Below, one piece after another: positions 29,496 to 39,381 of a stretch of 64,000 nucleotides of DNA (positions are counted from its first letter, which is position 1; every line of letters begins with the position of its first letter). The notes beneath the pieces are model-generated. The model searched no databases. It saw only the letters and a list, made by a program, of their open reading frames with translations, and had not been told where the DNA came from. Origin of the DNA: Thalassobaculaceae bacterium (GTDB taxonomy: Bacteria; Pseudomonadota; Alphaproteobacteria; Thalassobaculales; Thalassobaculaceae); assembly GCA_965228875.1 (NCBI GenBank), contig OZ245843.1:3826616-3890615 (forward strand). Direction: 5' to 3'. Both the position numbers and the translations under genes were made by a program.

Positions 29496-30221
29496 ATGCA
29501 GACGGATATCGGCACGCCCCTGGTCGACGGCATGAAGGCGCTTCCTCTGCGCGAGGAGCCCTTCGCGTTCAAGGTGATGCGGGAATCGCTCGACCCGGCG
29601 CTGTTCGAGGCCGCGCGCAGCACGTTTCCGACGCCCGACCGGATGCGGCCCAAGGTCGAGTCCCGCGCCGACAGTCGCTACTCCGACCGGCGCCTGACCG
29701 TCGACCTGGAGTCCTGCCCGGACCTGGCCGCGGCGGAGGGTCGTGCCGTCTGGCGGGAGATCGCCGATTTCTTCCTGCGGTCGTCGGAACTGGTCGCCAC
29801 CCTGCGCGAGGTCTTCGGCCCGCTGTTCGCCGACGAGCTCGAGGCCCGGTTCGGACAGCGACCGACCCGGTTCCGCCTGAACAGCGAACTGGTCTACGAC
29901 CGCACCGGGTTCGCGCTGCTGCCGCATACGGACGCCTCCAACAAGGCGGCCACCCTGCTCACCTATTTCGCCGAGCCGGGCGACCCGGTGGAACTCGGCA
30001 CCGTGCTGTTCGCCCCGAAGGACGAGGATCTGGCGGATCCGGGCGGGCGGAAGTTCTGGCGACCGGACCAGTTCCGCGCGGTGGCCCGGGTACCCTACCT
30101 GCCCAACCTCTCGGTGGCCTTCGCCCGGCACCGGACGTCGTTCCACGGCGTGATGCCGACGACCAGCACGACGCCGCGCCGGCTGATCCAGACCTCGCTG
30201 ATCGCCGCCGTCGACCCCTGA
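29496..30221 (+). CDS. putative 2OG-Fe(II) oxygenase-like protein
   Basis: LPHTD...SFHGV...RRLIQ fits the HxD...H...R pattern; GGGGAG RBS. Confidence 0.65.
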   Translation: MQTDIGTPLVDGMKALPLREEPFAFKVMRESLDPALFEAARSTFPTPDRMRPKVESRADSRYSDRRLTVDLESCPDLAAAEGRAVWREIADFFLRSSELVATLREVFGPLFADELEARFGQRPTRFRLNSELVYDRTGFALLPHTDASNKAATLLTYFAEPGDPVELGTVLFAPKDEDLADPGGRKFWRPDQFRAVARVPYLPNLSVAFARHRTSFHGVMPTTSTTPRRLIQTSLIAAVDP

Positions 30222-30357
30222 GTTCATCCCCGAACCGGTCTCCGGCGTCGTTCGTGACGGCGCCGTTCCCGCACCGACCTTGATTTGCGCGCCGGGTCCG
30301 GGGATAACGCCTCGCCACATCGATCCCGGCCCACCCAACCACGCGGAACACGCCGTC

Positions 30358-31362
30358 ATGCGACGTATCTTCTCCGGCATCCAGCCGACCGGAAACCTGA
30401 CACTGGGCAACTATCTGGGAGCGATCCGCAACTGGGTGACGCTGCAGGGCGAGCAGTCGTATGAGTGCATCTTCTGCATCGTCGACCAGCATGCCATCAC
30501 CATTCCCAAGGAGCCGGCCGAGCTGCGCCAGGCCACCCGCGAGGTGACGGCAAGCGTGATCGCCGCCGGCATCGACCCCGAGAGCAGCATCCTGTTCAAC
30601 CAGTCCCAGGTCGCCGAGCATATGCGCCTCGCCTGGGTGCTCGGCTGCGTGGCCCGGGTCGGCTGGCTGAACCGCATGACCCAGTTCAAGGACAAGGCCG
30701 GCAAGGACCGCGACAACGCGACCACCGGCCTGTGGTGGTACCCGGTGCTGATGGCCGCCGACATCCTGGCCTACAAGGGCACGCACGTGCCGGTCGGCGA
30801 CGACCAGAAGCAGCACCTGGAGCTGTCCCGCGACATCGCCCAGGCCTACAACTCCATGTTCGGGGTCGAGTTCTTCCCGCTGCCGGAGCCGCAGATCCTG
30901 GGTGCGGCGACCCGGGTGATGAGCCTGCGCGACGGCACCAAGAAGATGAGCAAGTCGGACGCCTCCGACATGTCGCGGATCAACATGACCGACGACGCGG
31001 ACACCATTGCCAACAAGATCAGGAAGGCGAAGACCGACCCGGAACCGCTGCCGAGCGAGGCGGCGGGGCTCGAGGATCGCCCCGAGGCGCGCAACCTGGT
31101 CACGATCTACGCCGCCCTGGCCGACAGGTCGGTCGACTCGGTGCTTGCGGAGTTCGGTGGTCAGGGTTTCGGCACGTTCAAGCCGGCCCTGTCCGAGATG
31201 GCGGTCTCCGTCCTCGGTCCGATCGGATCGGAGCTGCAGCGGCTGATGGCCGATCCGGCCTACATCGACGGAATCCTGGCCAAGGGCGGTGAGCGGGCGC
31301 GGGCGATCGCCAGGCCGATCGTCGACGAGGTCTACGACACGGTCGGTTTCCTGCGACCCTAG
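30358..31362 (+). CDS. trpS: tryptophanyl-tRNA synthetase
   Basis: [29 protein letters not shown]. Confidence 0.97.
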   Translation: MRRIFSGIQPTGNLTLGNYLGAIRNWVTLQGEQSYECIFCIVDQHAITIPKEPAELRQATREVTASVIAAGIDPESSILFNQSQVAEHMRLAWVLGCVARVGWLNRMTQFKDKAGKDRDNATTGLWWYPVLMAADILAYKGTHVPVGDDQKQHLELSRDIAQAYNSMFGVEFFPLPEPQILGAATRVMSLRDGTKKMSKSDASDMSRINMTDDADTIANKIRKAKTDPEPLPSEAAGLEDRPEARNLVTIYAALADRSVDSVLAEFGGQGFGTFKPALSEMAVSVLGPIGSELQRLMADPAYIDGILAKGGERARAIARPIVDEVYDTVGFLRP

Positions 31363-31587
31363 AGTGCGATCGGTTCAGATCGGATCGATCTGAACCGTGA
31401 ATCGCCCTCTGGAAAATTAAGATCAGAGCAAACTCACACGACCGGATGCTTCCATCTGATCGTGATTGGCTCTGGAGTGCGATCGGTTCAGATCGGGTCG
31501 ATCTGAACCGTGAATCGCCCTCTGGAAAATTAAGATCAGAGCAAATTCACACGACCGGATGCTTCCATCTGATCGTGGTTTGCCCTA
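31359..31587 (+). repeat. two head-to-tail 113-bp copies of the palindromic repeat (copies 4 and 5)
   Basis: Near-identical units starting at 31360 and 31473, each with a CGGTTCAGATCG/CGATCTGAACCG hairpin. Confidence 0.92.
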
Positions 31588-32883
31588 ACGCACGCGCCCG
31601 CATCCGGCGGCGACGCCGGCATAGAGGACCATCCCCGTCGCCGCGAAGGCGGGGGCTGTGGCCAGCGCGATGCCGACAACGCCCCAGATCTCCATGAACA
31701 CCGCGTTCAGGGCGATGGTCAGCGCCATGTTGACCGCGGCGGCCGTCGGGATCACCCAGCCGAGACTCAGCACCGCGGCGGCGCGGACCAGGATCACCAC
31801 GGCGCCATAGGCGGGAAGCTGCACCGCGTAGGCGGCCAGCACGTCGGCGACCAGACGGGTGTCGTCGGTGGTGAAGGCGCCGCGCTGGTACAGCAGGGCG
31901 ATGACCGGCTCGGCGATCGCCCAGGCGATGGCCACGCCCGGCAGGGCCAGGAGAATCACCGCGACCAGGTGTCGCCGCAGCCGCGTCAGCAGCCGCCGCG
32001 GGTCGTCCAGCGCGCTCTCGGCGTAGGCCGGCAGCACCGAGATGCCGAGCGCCGTCGTGACCACGTGCAGTCCGGCCAGCACCAGCTTGGCCCCGTAGCC
32101 GAGGGCCGAGGCAGAGCCCTCGCCGAGGGAGGCCGCCATGAGCTGGTCGATCAGCCCGGCTCCCGACAGCAGCAGGGTCGCCAGCATCAGCGGTCCCCAG
32201 CGCCGCGCCAGTGCCGCGAGGTCGGTCATGGCCATGCCGAGGCGTGGGCGGTAGCCGAGGCGACGGGCCGCGGCGAGCACGATCGCCGCCTCGGCCAGGG
32301 TGCCGAGCACCGCTCCCCAGGCCAGGGCGGCGACGCCGAGCTCGGCGCGGAAGGCGAGCAGGAGAACGGTCATCACCAGCGGCGTCAGTGCCGGAGCGAT
32401 CGCCGGAAGGGCGAAGCGGCGCTCCGCCGTGAGCATGGCCCCGCCGGCATAGGCGAGGCCGCCGAGCACCGCGAACAGGGTCATGATCCAGAGCATGTCC
32501 GCCGCCAGGACAAGTGCCGTCTCGGAGAAGCCCGGGGCGACGACCGGCAGGTAGAGCGGCGCGGCCGCGGCGGCCAGCACGGCGACCGCCGCGATCGCCA
32601 TCGTCACGGTCAGCGTGCCGGCGCCGGCCAGGGCGGCGGCGCGGTCGCGTCCCCCGTCGCGGGCCGCCGCCAGCAGTCCGGGCACCACGGCGATCTGGAA
32701 CGACCCGGCGATCAGCTGGACCAGGAACACCGGCAGGGCCAGCGCGACGAAGAAGGCGTCGACCTCGGGGCCGCGCCCGTAGATCATGGCGATCGCCGCC
32801 TCGCGCACGAAGGCCGAGGATTTCGCCAGGATCGACAGCACCGCGATCGTCGCGCCGGCCCGGGCGACGGCGCGGTCGTCCAT
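31585..32883 (-). CDS. second MurJ/MviN-like (MOP superfamily) flippase
   Basis: SAFVRE, DAFFVA, SALGYGAKL, LLYQRGAFT. Confidence 0.8.
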   Translation of the reverse strand: MDDRAVARAGATIAVLSILAKSSAFVREAAIAMIYGRGPEVDAFFVALALPVFLVQLIAGSFQIAVVPGLLAAARDGGRDRAAALAGAGTLTVTMAIAAVAVLAAAAAPLYLPVVAPGFSETALVLAADMLWIMTLFAVLGGLAYAGGAMLTAERRFALPAIAPALTPLVMTVLLLAFRAELGVAALAWGAVLGTLAEAAIVLAAARRLGYRPRLGMAMTDLAALARRWGPLMLATLLLSGAGLIDQLMAASLGEGSASALGYGAKLVLAGLHVVTTALGISVLPAYAESALDDPRRLLTRLRRHLVAVILLALPGVAIAWAIAEPVIALLYQRGAFTTDDTRLVADVLAAYAVQLPAYGAVVILVRAAAVLSLGWVIPTAAAVNMALTIALNAVFMEIWGVVGIALATAPAFAATGMVLYAGVAAGCGRVR

Positions 32884-32912
32884 GGTCGGGAACGGTCGGG
32901 TGCCGGGGCCGC

Positions 32913-34259
32913 TCACGACAGGTCGGGTGGGGTGAAGACGTCGATCGGACGGGTCAGCCCCTTGACCGGGTGGCTGCCGAGCCCGGTCATCGGCTCGCCC
33001 ACGGAGTCGGCGAAGGCGCGCGAGGCGAGAACCCGCACCCCGAGCGTACGGGTCAGCCCCTCGATCCGGTTGGTCAGGTTGACCGCCGGCCCGATCACCG
33101 TGAAGTCCAGCCGCTCGGCCCCGCCGATATTGCCGTATCCGATCTCGCCGATATGCAGGGCGATGCCGAAGTCGATCGCCTGACGCCCGTTGCGCAGGCG
33201 GGAGGTGTTCAGGGCCCGCAGCAGGGTGACGGAGTCCCGGGCGGCGCCCAGCGCCAGGCGGCAGGCTTCGGCATCGCCGTCGGCGACCCCGCGTGCCGGG
33301 TCGGCCGGGAACATGGCCAGCATCCCGTCGCCCAGGAACTTCAGAACCTCGCCGCCGCGCTCCTCGACCGCCTGCACCGTGCGCTCGAAATACTCGTCGA
33401 GCAGGTCGATGATCGCGTCCCGGTCGAGCTGGTCGGACAGAGTCGTGAAATCCCGGATGTCGGTGTACCAGATGGCGGCGCGGATGCCCTCCGCCTTGCC
33501 GCGCACGATCTCGCCGGACAGAATCCGCTCGCCGGTGTTGCGGCCGAGATAGGTGCTCAGGAGCTGGCGGGTCAGGTCGCGCCGCTCCAGCACCTCCATG
33601 CGCATCGACAGGGCCGGCATGAACTCCCAGATCTCGCGCAGCTCGTCCGTGGAGAAGCCGCCCGGCCGATCGGCGGTCCAGGTCGTGAAGTTGATGCTGC
33701 CGTCGGAGAACACCAGCGGAATGGCGACATAGTCGGTGGCCCCCTCCGACCTCAGGTCGTCGAGGATCGGAAAGTCGTTCTGCTCGCCGTCCATGTCGAG
33801 ACGGCGGCGGATGCCCTGCGCGCCTTCGAAGATCAGCGGAAGCGGGCTGCGCTTGTAGGCCACCGTGTCCTGCATGCCGCGCAGGACATGCATGTAGCGG
33901 GGCTCGCCGCCGTCGCGGTACCAGATGATCGACGTGCCCGTCGCCTGGGGATGCAGCGTGGTGATGAAGTAGGTCATCCGCATCAGCGGGTAACCGCGGG
34001 CGACCAGAAGCCGTCCGAGATCCCGCGCCAGAAAGCGACGCGACGCGTAGGAGGCCGCGTCCCGCAGGATCCACTGCAGCGGCGTTCTCTGCGGGTCGAC
34101 CGGCGGCGCGCCGGCGTCGTCGTCCTCGTCGAGAATGCGGACGAGACGACGCGTCTCCTCGTCCCTGGGGGTGTCCGCCCGCTGCAGGTTGAATTGCGTG
34201 TCGGGCTCTTGCGGCGTCGCGGCTCCGGTACCGTCCTTCGGTGGCCGTCTTGACGTCAT
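32913..34259 (-). CDS. class III adenylate/guanylate cyclase
   Basis: WYTDIRDFT, LKFLGDGML, RLDFTVIGPAVNLTNRIE. Confidence 0.88.
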   Translation of the reverse strand: MTSRRPPKDGTGAATPQEPDTQFNLQRADTPRDEETRRLVRILDEDDDAGAPPVDPQRTPLQWILRDAASYASRRFLARDLGRLLVARGYPLMRMTYFITTLHPQATGTSIIWYRDGGEPRYMHVLRGMQDTVAYKRSPLPLIFEGAQGIRRRLDMDGEQNDFPILDDLRSEGATDYVAIPLVFSDGSINFTTWTADRPGGFSTDELREIWEFMPALSMRMEVLERRDLTRQLLSTYLGRNTGERILSGEIVRGKAEGIRAAIWYTDIRDFTTLSDQLDRDAIIDLLDEYFERTVQAVEERGGEVLKFLGDGMLAMFPADPARGVADGDAEACRLALGAARDSVTLLRALNTSRLRNGRQAIDFGIALHIGEIGYGNIGGAERLDFTVIGPAVNLTNRIEGLTRTLGVRVLASRAFADSVGEPMTGLGSHPVKGLTRPIDVFTPPDLS

Positions 34260-34364
34260 CTCGCGGCGCCCCAAGTATGCGGCTGACGAGCATAGCCCAG
34301 ACACCGGCCTCGACGCGGCGGCCGGACCGCCCATGCGATCGATGCCAGACTGGAGACGTGACAC

Positions 34365-34943
34365 ATGTTCATTCAGACCGAAGAGACCCCGAATCCCGCT
34401 ACGTTGAAGTTCCTTCCCGGACGCACCGTTATGGTGAGCGGCACGGCGGAGTTCAAGTCGGAGGAGGAGGCGGCTGCCGGATCGCCCCTCGCCGCTGCGC
34501 TCTTCGAGGTCGACGGGGTGACGACCGTGTTCCTCGCCGCCGACTTCATTAGCGTCTCCAAGCGCGACGACAAGGAATGGTACCTGATGAAGCCGGCCGT
34601 GCTCGGCGTCATCATGGAGCACTTCGTCGCCGGCAAGCCGATTCTGGCCGAGGGCGCCGGCGAGGCCGAGGAACTGGACGTCCGTCCGGAGGACGAAGAG
34701 GTCGTCTCGCAGATCAAGGAGCTGCTGGATACCCGCGTGCGCCCGGCCGTGTCGATGGACGGCGGCGACATCGTGTTCCACGGCTACGAGGATGGCATCG
34801 TTACCCTGACCATGCAGGGCGCCTGCGCCGGCTGCCCGAGTTCGACGGCGACGCTGAAGATGGGTATCGAGAACATGCTGCGGCACTACATTCCGGAAGT
34901 GCGCGAGGTGCGCGCCGCCGGCGGCATGGCCGACTACTACTGA
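34365..34943 (+). CDS. nfuA: NifU/NfuA Fe-S cluster carrier
   Basis: MFIQTEETPNPATLKFLPG, DGGDI, GACAGCPSS. Confidence 0.93.
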   Translation: MFIQTEETPNPATLKFLPGRTVMVSGTAEFKSEEEAAAGSPLAAALFEVDGVTTVFLAADFISVSKRDDKEWYLMKPAVLGVIMEHFVAGKPILAEGAGEAEELDVRPEDEEVVSQIKELLDTRVRPAVSMDGGDIVFHGYEDGIVTLTMQGACAGCPSSTATLKMGIENMLRHYIPEVREVRAAGGMADYY

Positions 34944-35010
34944 GCGCGACCGGCCGCCCGGTCGCCCAGACCCCGTCAGCCGGCTGACGTCCGGAACCCA
35001 GCGAGGCCGA

Positions 35011-36039
35011 ATGGCGACACCTCCGGCATCCGCGCGGACTTTGGACCGCGTCGCGCTGGCGGTGGGGATCGCCGTTATCCTGTCGTTCGAGGCGGTGGCC
35101 CTGATTTTCGGCCCACCGGACTGGCCGATCCCGCGGCGGCCGGTGGCACAGCCGGCCAGCGTCGTCACCCCGGCACCATTGCCCGATGGCGGGCGGGACT
35201 TCACCGTTGCCTCCTCGGCCACGCTGCTGAACCTGTTCGACCGCGCCTCCTTCGATCTCGCGGCCGTGCGGGCCGGCGACGCACCGGTGCCCAGGCTCTA
35301 TCTCGCCTCTCTGCCGGCCGATCTTGCCGGCCTCGACCAGGTGGGCGCGCGAAAGCGGCTGTTCCTGCGCGTGGTTCTGCCGCTCGTTCTGCGGGTGAAC
35401 GCCGAAATCGCCATCGTCCGCACCCGGGCGGCGGCACTGCTCGACCGACTGGCTGAGGGAGACGGTCTCCGCCTGCGGGACGCCCGCTGGCTGATCGCGC
35501 TCGCCGGGCGCTACGGCGCGATCGATGCGGCGGAGGGATCGATCGGCGCGCTGCGCGACCCGGCGGTGCGCCGATCGCTGCTGCGCCGGATCGACGGCGT
35601 GCCGGTCCCCCTGGCCCTGGCCCAGGCGATCATCGAGAGCGGCTGGGGCCGTTCCCGGTTCGCTTATGAGGGCAACGCGCTCTATGGCCAGTGGACCTGG
35701 GACAAGAGCCAGGGCATCGCGCCGGCCGAGGCGCCCGACGCCGGGCACGCGGTCCGATCCTTCGACAGCCTCGCCCACTCGGTCCGGGCCTACATGCACA
35801 ACCTGAACACCCATGCGCGTTACCGGGCCTTCCGCGAGGCCCGGGCCGCCGGGGCACCGTCGCGCGCGCTGGCCGGGACCCTGACCGCCTACAGTGAGCG
35901 GGGCGCGGTCTACGGCGAGGAACTGGCGCGGATCATCGACCAGAACGACCTCGACGCCTTCGCCGGGGCCGAACTCGGCGCGACCAACATCCGTCGGGGA
36001 GAGGGCTGGCGGCGACTGCGCGCCGCGCCCGGCGGCTGA
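35011..36039 (+). CDS. Bax-like glucosaminidase (GH73)
   Basis: LALAQAIIESGWGRSRFA, YMHNLNTH, YSERG..Y. Confidence 0.85.
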   Translation: MATPPASARTLDRVALAVGIAVILSFEAVALIFGPPDWPIPRRPVAQPASVVTPAPLPDGGRDFTVASSATLLNLFDRASFDLAAVRAGDAPVPRLYLASLPADLAGLDQVGARKRLFLRVVLPLVLRVNAEIAIVRTRAAALLDRLAEGDGLRLRDARWLIALAGRYGAIDAAEGSIGALRDPAVRRSLLRRIDGVPVPLALAQAIIESGWGRSRFAYEGNALYGQWTWDKSQGIAPAEAPDAGHAVRSFDSLAHSVRAYMHNLNTHARYRAFREARAAGAPSRALAGTLTAYSERGAVYGEELARIIDQNDLDAFAGAELGATNIRRGEGWRRLRAAPGG

Positions 36040-36100
36040 CCGGTCCGTCCGCCGCGCCGGCGAACGGCGCCGATTGCCAACAATATTGGAAATGCGGGAC

Positions 36101-37135
36101 CTACCGGGGAATGTAGAACTGCACCCCGTACCACCGCCACCGCCCATCCGGTCCCGGCATGGTGCAGTTGACGCGCGCCCGTCCCGCCGGGAACGGTTCC
36201 GACAGGCGCACCTCGACCCGATCGCCGAGCACTTCGGTCTGTGTCCGGCCCTGTCCCGAGGCGTAGCAGTCGATCCGGCCCGGATCGCCGATGTCCGGCG
36301 ACACGGTGAACCCGAAGGGCGGTGGGTTGTTCGAGGTGACGATCAGGTCCGCCGGCACCTGGTCGCGCACCGGCAGCGGCAGCGCGTTGGCGGTCAGGCG
36401 GAACCGGTCGATGCCGCCATAGGTCTCGTTCAGCGCGAACCGCGGCAGGCCGTAGCGGTCGCTGGTGGCGTGGGCCACGCCGGACTGTTGGCCGAACGCC
36501 GCCGCATAGCCGCGCTCGGCGACCACCTTCTGGATCTGCGACCCGTACTCGCCGTAGGGAAACGCCAGCAGCGTCGGCGCCGCGCCGAGCTCGGCGGCGA
36601 TCCGGGATGCCGACCGGTCGAGCTCGATCTTCACCGTCTCGATGTCGAGATCGGGCAGATGCGGATGCGAGGCGGTCTGGCTGCCGATGGTGACGCCGGC
36701 GGCCTTCAGCTCCCGCAGCTGATCCCAGCCCATGTAGCCGGGATGAGCCCGATCGATCGGATCGGTGGCGACGAACAGGGTGAAGGGCAACCCGGCCTGT
36801 CTGAGACGGGGCCACGCTTCGGCATAGACCGAGGCGTAGGCGTCGTCGATGGTGATCGCCACCGTCCGGTCGGGCAGGTCGGCGCCGGTCCGCATCCGCT
36901 CGAGGATCTCCGGAACCGGCAGCACCGAGTAGCCGCCGGTCCGCAGTTCCTCGAGCTGGGCTTCGAACTGATCGATGCGGATATTGGCGCTCGGGTACTC
37001 CGACTCGCCGAAACGGTGGTACATGAAGATCACGGCCGACTCGGTCGCCAACGCATCCGGCGCCCCGAATCCCGGGACGCCGGAAAGACCGATCATGGCC
37101 AGCGCGAACGCGGCGGTGCCGATACCTGACTTCAT
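36101..37135 (-). CDS. polysaccharide deacetylase family protein
   Basis: Signal peptide, FMYHRF, ITIDDAY, AFPYGE. Confidence 0.88.
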   Translation of the reverse strand: MKSGIGTAAFALAMIGLSGVPGFGAPDALATESAVIFMYHRFGESEYPSANIRIDQFEAQLEELRTGGYSVLPVPEILERMRTGADLPDRTVAITIDDAYASVYAEAWPRLRQAGLPFTLFVATDPIDRAHPGYMGWDQLRELKAAGVTIGSQTASHPHLPDLDIETVKIELDRSASRIAAELGAAPTLLAFPYGEYGSQIQKVVAERGYAAAFGQQSGVAHATSDRYGLPRFALNETYGGIDRFRLTANALPLPVRDQVPADLIVTSNNPPPFGFTVSPDIGDPGRIDCYASGQGRTQTEVLGDRVEVRLSEPFPAGRARVNCTMPGPDGRWRWYGVQFYIPR

Positions 37136-37216
37136 GGGGTGAAGATACGTCATGCCACCCGCATTTCGAAATGCTGCGGTTCGCCGCAATCCCCCGGCGC
37201 AGGACGGAGGGCGGCG

Positions 37217-37891
37217 ATGACCCTGATCCTCGCCCTGGACAGCGCCGCCGGCGCCTGCTCCGTCGCCGTGTCCGAGGGCGCGAACCTGCTGGCGTACGAG
37301 GGCTGCCGGCTGTCGCGCGGCCATGCCGAGGCGCTGATGTCGATGGTGGCCCGGGTGCTGTCCCGGTCGGGCCGCGACGCCGGCGCGCTCGACGCCGTCG
37401 CCGCGACGGTGGGTCCGGGCAGCTTCACCGGACTGCGAATCGGGTTGGCGGCGGCCCGCGGTCTGGCCCTGGCGATCGATGCCCGCACGGTTCCGGTGAC
37501 GACGCTGGAGGCGCTGGCCCATGCCGCCGGCCCGTCGGACCGGCCACTGCTTGCCGCCCTCGACAGCAAGCGCGGGGACCTCTACGCCCAGTGGTTCGAT
37601 CCGTCGGGCCGGCCGCTCGGCGATCCGGCGGTGATGTCCGCGGCCGCGGCGGTGGCCGCCGCGCCGTCCCCGGCGGTGCGGTTCGTCGGGGATGCCGCCG
37701 ACCGGCTGCTGGAGGCCGCGGGGGGACTGGAGCACGCGGCGGGGCTGAGGGCCGAAGCCGTTGCCGACTGCGATGTGCCGGATGCCCGCTCGGTCGCCGC
37801 TCTGGCCGCCGGACGGCTGGCGGCAGGCCGGGCCGGACCGCTGCGCCCGCTCTACCTGCGGGCCCCGGCGGTCAACCTGCCGGCGGCGTGA
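37217..37891 (+). CDS. tsaB: t6A biosynthesis protein TsaB
   Basis: LALDSA, GHAEAL, GPGSFTGLRIG, PLYLR. Confidence 0.92.
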   Translation: MTLILALDSAAGACSVAVSEGANLLAYEGCRLSRGHAEALMSMVARVLSRSGRDAGALDAVAATVGPGSFTGLRIGLAAARGLALAIDARTVPVTTLEALAHAAGPSDRPLLAALDSKRGDLYAQWFDPSGRPLGDPAVMSAAAAVAAAPSPAVRFVGDAADRLLEAAGGLEHAAGLRAEAVADCDVPDARSVAALAAGRLAAGRAGPLRPLYLRAPAVNLPAA

Positions 37892-37901
37892 GGCCGGTGC
37901 G

Positions 37902-38384
37902 ATGACGGTCCACGAGGCCTTGCTCGAGCGGCTGCGCGCGGCGACGCCGGACGATGCGGCGCGTATCTCCGTCCTGCAACGGTCAGCCTTCGACGATCGG
38001 TGGAGCGCGGAGTCGGTCGGCCGCCTGCTGTCCGGGCCGGCGAGCCTGTCGCTGATCGCCGAGGCATGCGACGGCGCGGCCGGCTTCCTGATCGGACAGT
38101 GCGTCGCCGACACCGCCGAGGTCATCGCGGTCGCGGTCGCGCAGAACCACCGCCGCCGGGGATGGGGGTCGGCGCTGCTCGCCGGGTTCGAGGCGGTGGC
38201 GGCGACGTCCGGCGCGGAGCGGACGCTTCTCGACGTGGCCGCCGACAATGCCGCCGCCCTGGCTCTCTACCGGGCCCGCGGCTACGAGACCGTGGCCCGG
38301 CGCGACCGCTACTACACCACAGGCCGCGCCGATCCGGTCGATGCGCTGGTGATGGTTAAAATGCTTGTGAAATCCGTCGGATAA
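37902..38384 (+). CDS. rimI: RimI-like GNAT acetyltransferase
   Basis: RRRGWG, LDVAADNAAALALY, RDRYY; follows tsaB. Confidence 0.75.
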   Translation: MTVHEALLERLRAATPDDAARISVLQRSAFDDRWSAESVGRLLSGPASLSLIAEACDGAAGFLIGQCVADTAEVIAVAVAQNHRRRGWGSALLAGFEAVAATSGAERTLLDVAADNAAALALYRARGYETVARRDRYYTTGRADPVDALVMVKMLVKSVG

Positions 38385-38473
38385 CAGACCGGTTCACGGT
38401 CCGGCTTTGCGGCTTGTCCCGGTCCCGAAGCGACGGTACGGTCGCGCGATACGACCCGGCGCCGATGCGCCGA

Positions 38474-38491
38474 CTGTGACAATGCTGTCAC
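38474..38491 (+). promoter_or_regulatory. Pho box upstream of olsB
   Basis: CTGTGAC-AATG-CTGTCAC, about 50 bp before the ATG. Confidence 0.7.
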
Positions 38492-38542
38492 AAAGTCGAA
38501 AAGGTCTCGCAAAGACATCCCGACGATGTCAGATAGCGGCAC

Positions 38543-39379
38543 ATGATCGATACGACCGAACGCCCTGTACAGATCTCGCCCGACCCGACGGCCGCGTTTC
38601 CGGCGATCGCCGCCGGCTCCATGGAGGTGCGGCTGGCGCGGGACGCGGCGGAGATCGAGGCGTCGCAGGCCCTGCGCTACCGGGTCTTCTATGACGAGCG
38701 CGCGGCCAAGCCGATCGGCGAGATGGCGGCCCTGCGTCTGGATTTCGACCGCTTCGATCCGATCGCCGACCACCTCCTAGTGCTCGACCACACTCGCGGC
38801 GAAGGGCCGGAGGCGGTGGTCGGAACCTACCGGCTGATCCGCCGGTCGCGGGCCGAAGCCCATGGCGGGTTCTATACCGCCGGCGAATACGACATCGCCA
38901 AGATCCTCGATTTCGCCGGCGAGACGATGGAGCTCGGACGGTCCTGCGTCGACGCGGAGTACCGCAACCGTCCGACCATGCAACTCCTGTGGCGCGGCAT
39001 CGCGGCGTACGTGTTCCGGCACGACATCACCCTGATGTTCGGCTGTGCGTCGCTGCCGGGAACCGATCCGGACGCGTTGGCGACCGACCTCAGCTATCTC
39101 TACCATTCCCACCTGGCGCCGCCGACGCTGCGGGTGCGGGCACTGGACTCCCTCCACGTCGAGATGAACCGGATCCCGGCCGAGCGGATCGACGCCAAAC
39201 GGGCATTGGCCGGACTTCCGCCTCTCATCAAGGGTTATCTCCGGCTCGGCGGCTTCGTCGGCGACGGGGCCGTGGTGGACCCGCAGTTCAACACCACGGA
39301 CGTGTGCGTCATCGTCCAGACCAGCGCGGTGACGGACAAGTACTACAAACACTACGAGCGCGAGGCGCGGGGCGGGTGA
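38543..39379 (+). CDS. olsB: ornithine lipid N-acyltransferase OlsB
   Basis: QALRYRVFY, VGTYRL, ELGRSCV, LLWRGIA, PPLIKGYLRLG. Confidence 0.85.
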   Translation: MIDTTERPVQISPDPTAAFPAIAAGSMEVRLARDAAEIEASQALRYRVFYDERAAKPIGEMAALRLDFDRFDPIADHLLVLDHTRGEGPEAVVGTYRLIRRSRAEAHGGFYTAGEYDIAKILDFAGETMELGRSCVDAEYRNRPTMQLLWRGIAAYVFRHDITLMFGCASLPGTDPDALATDLSYLYHSHLAPPTLRVRALDSLHVEMNRIPAERIDAKRALAGLPPLIKGYLRLGGFVGDGAVVDPQFNTTDVCVIVQTSAVTDKYYKHYEREARGG

Positions 39380-39381
39380 CC

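Noticed and set aside
31359..31587. Possible CRISPR array
   Set aside because: Two contiguous 113-bp units with no unique spacers and no cas genes; they belong to the dispersed repeat family.
31585..34293. Apparent 902-aa fusion ORF
   Set aside because: Only the last 432 aa are MurJ-like; the upstream part is an off-frame read of the adenylate cyclase gene.
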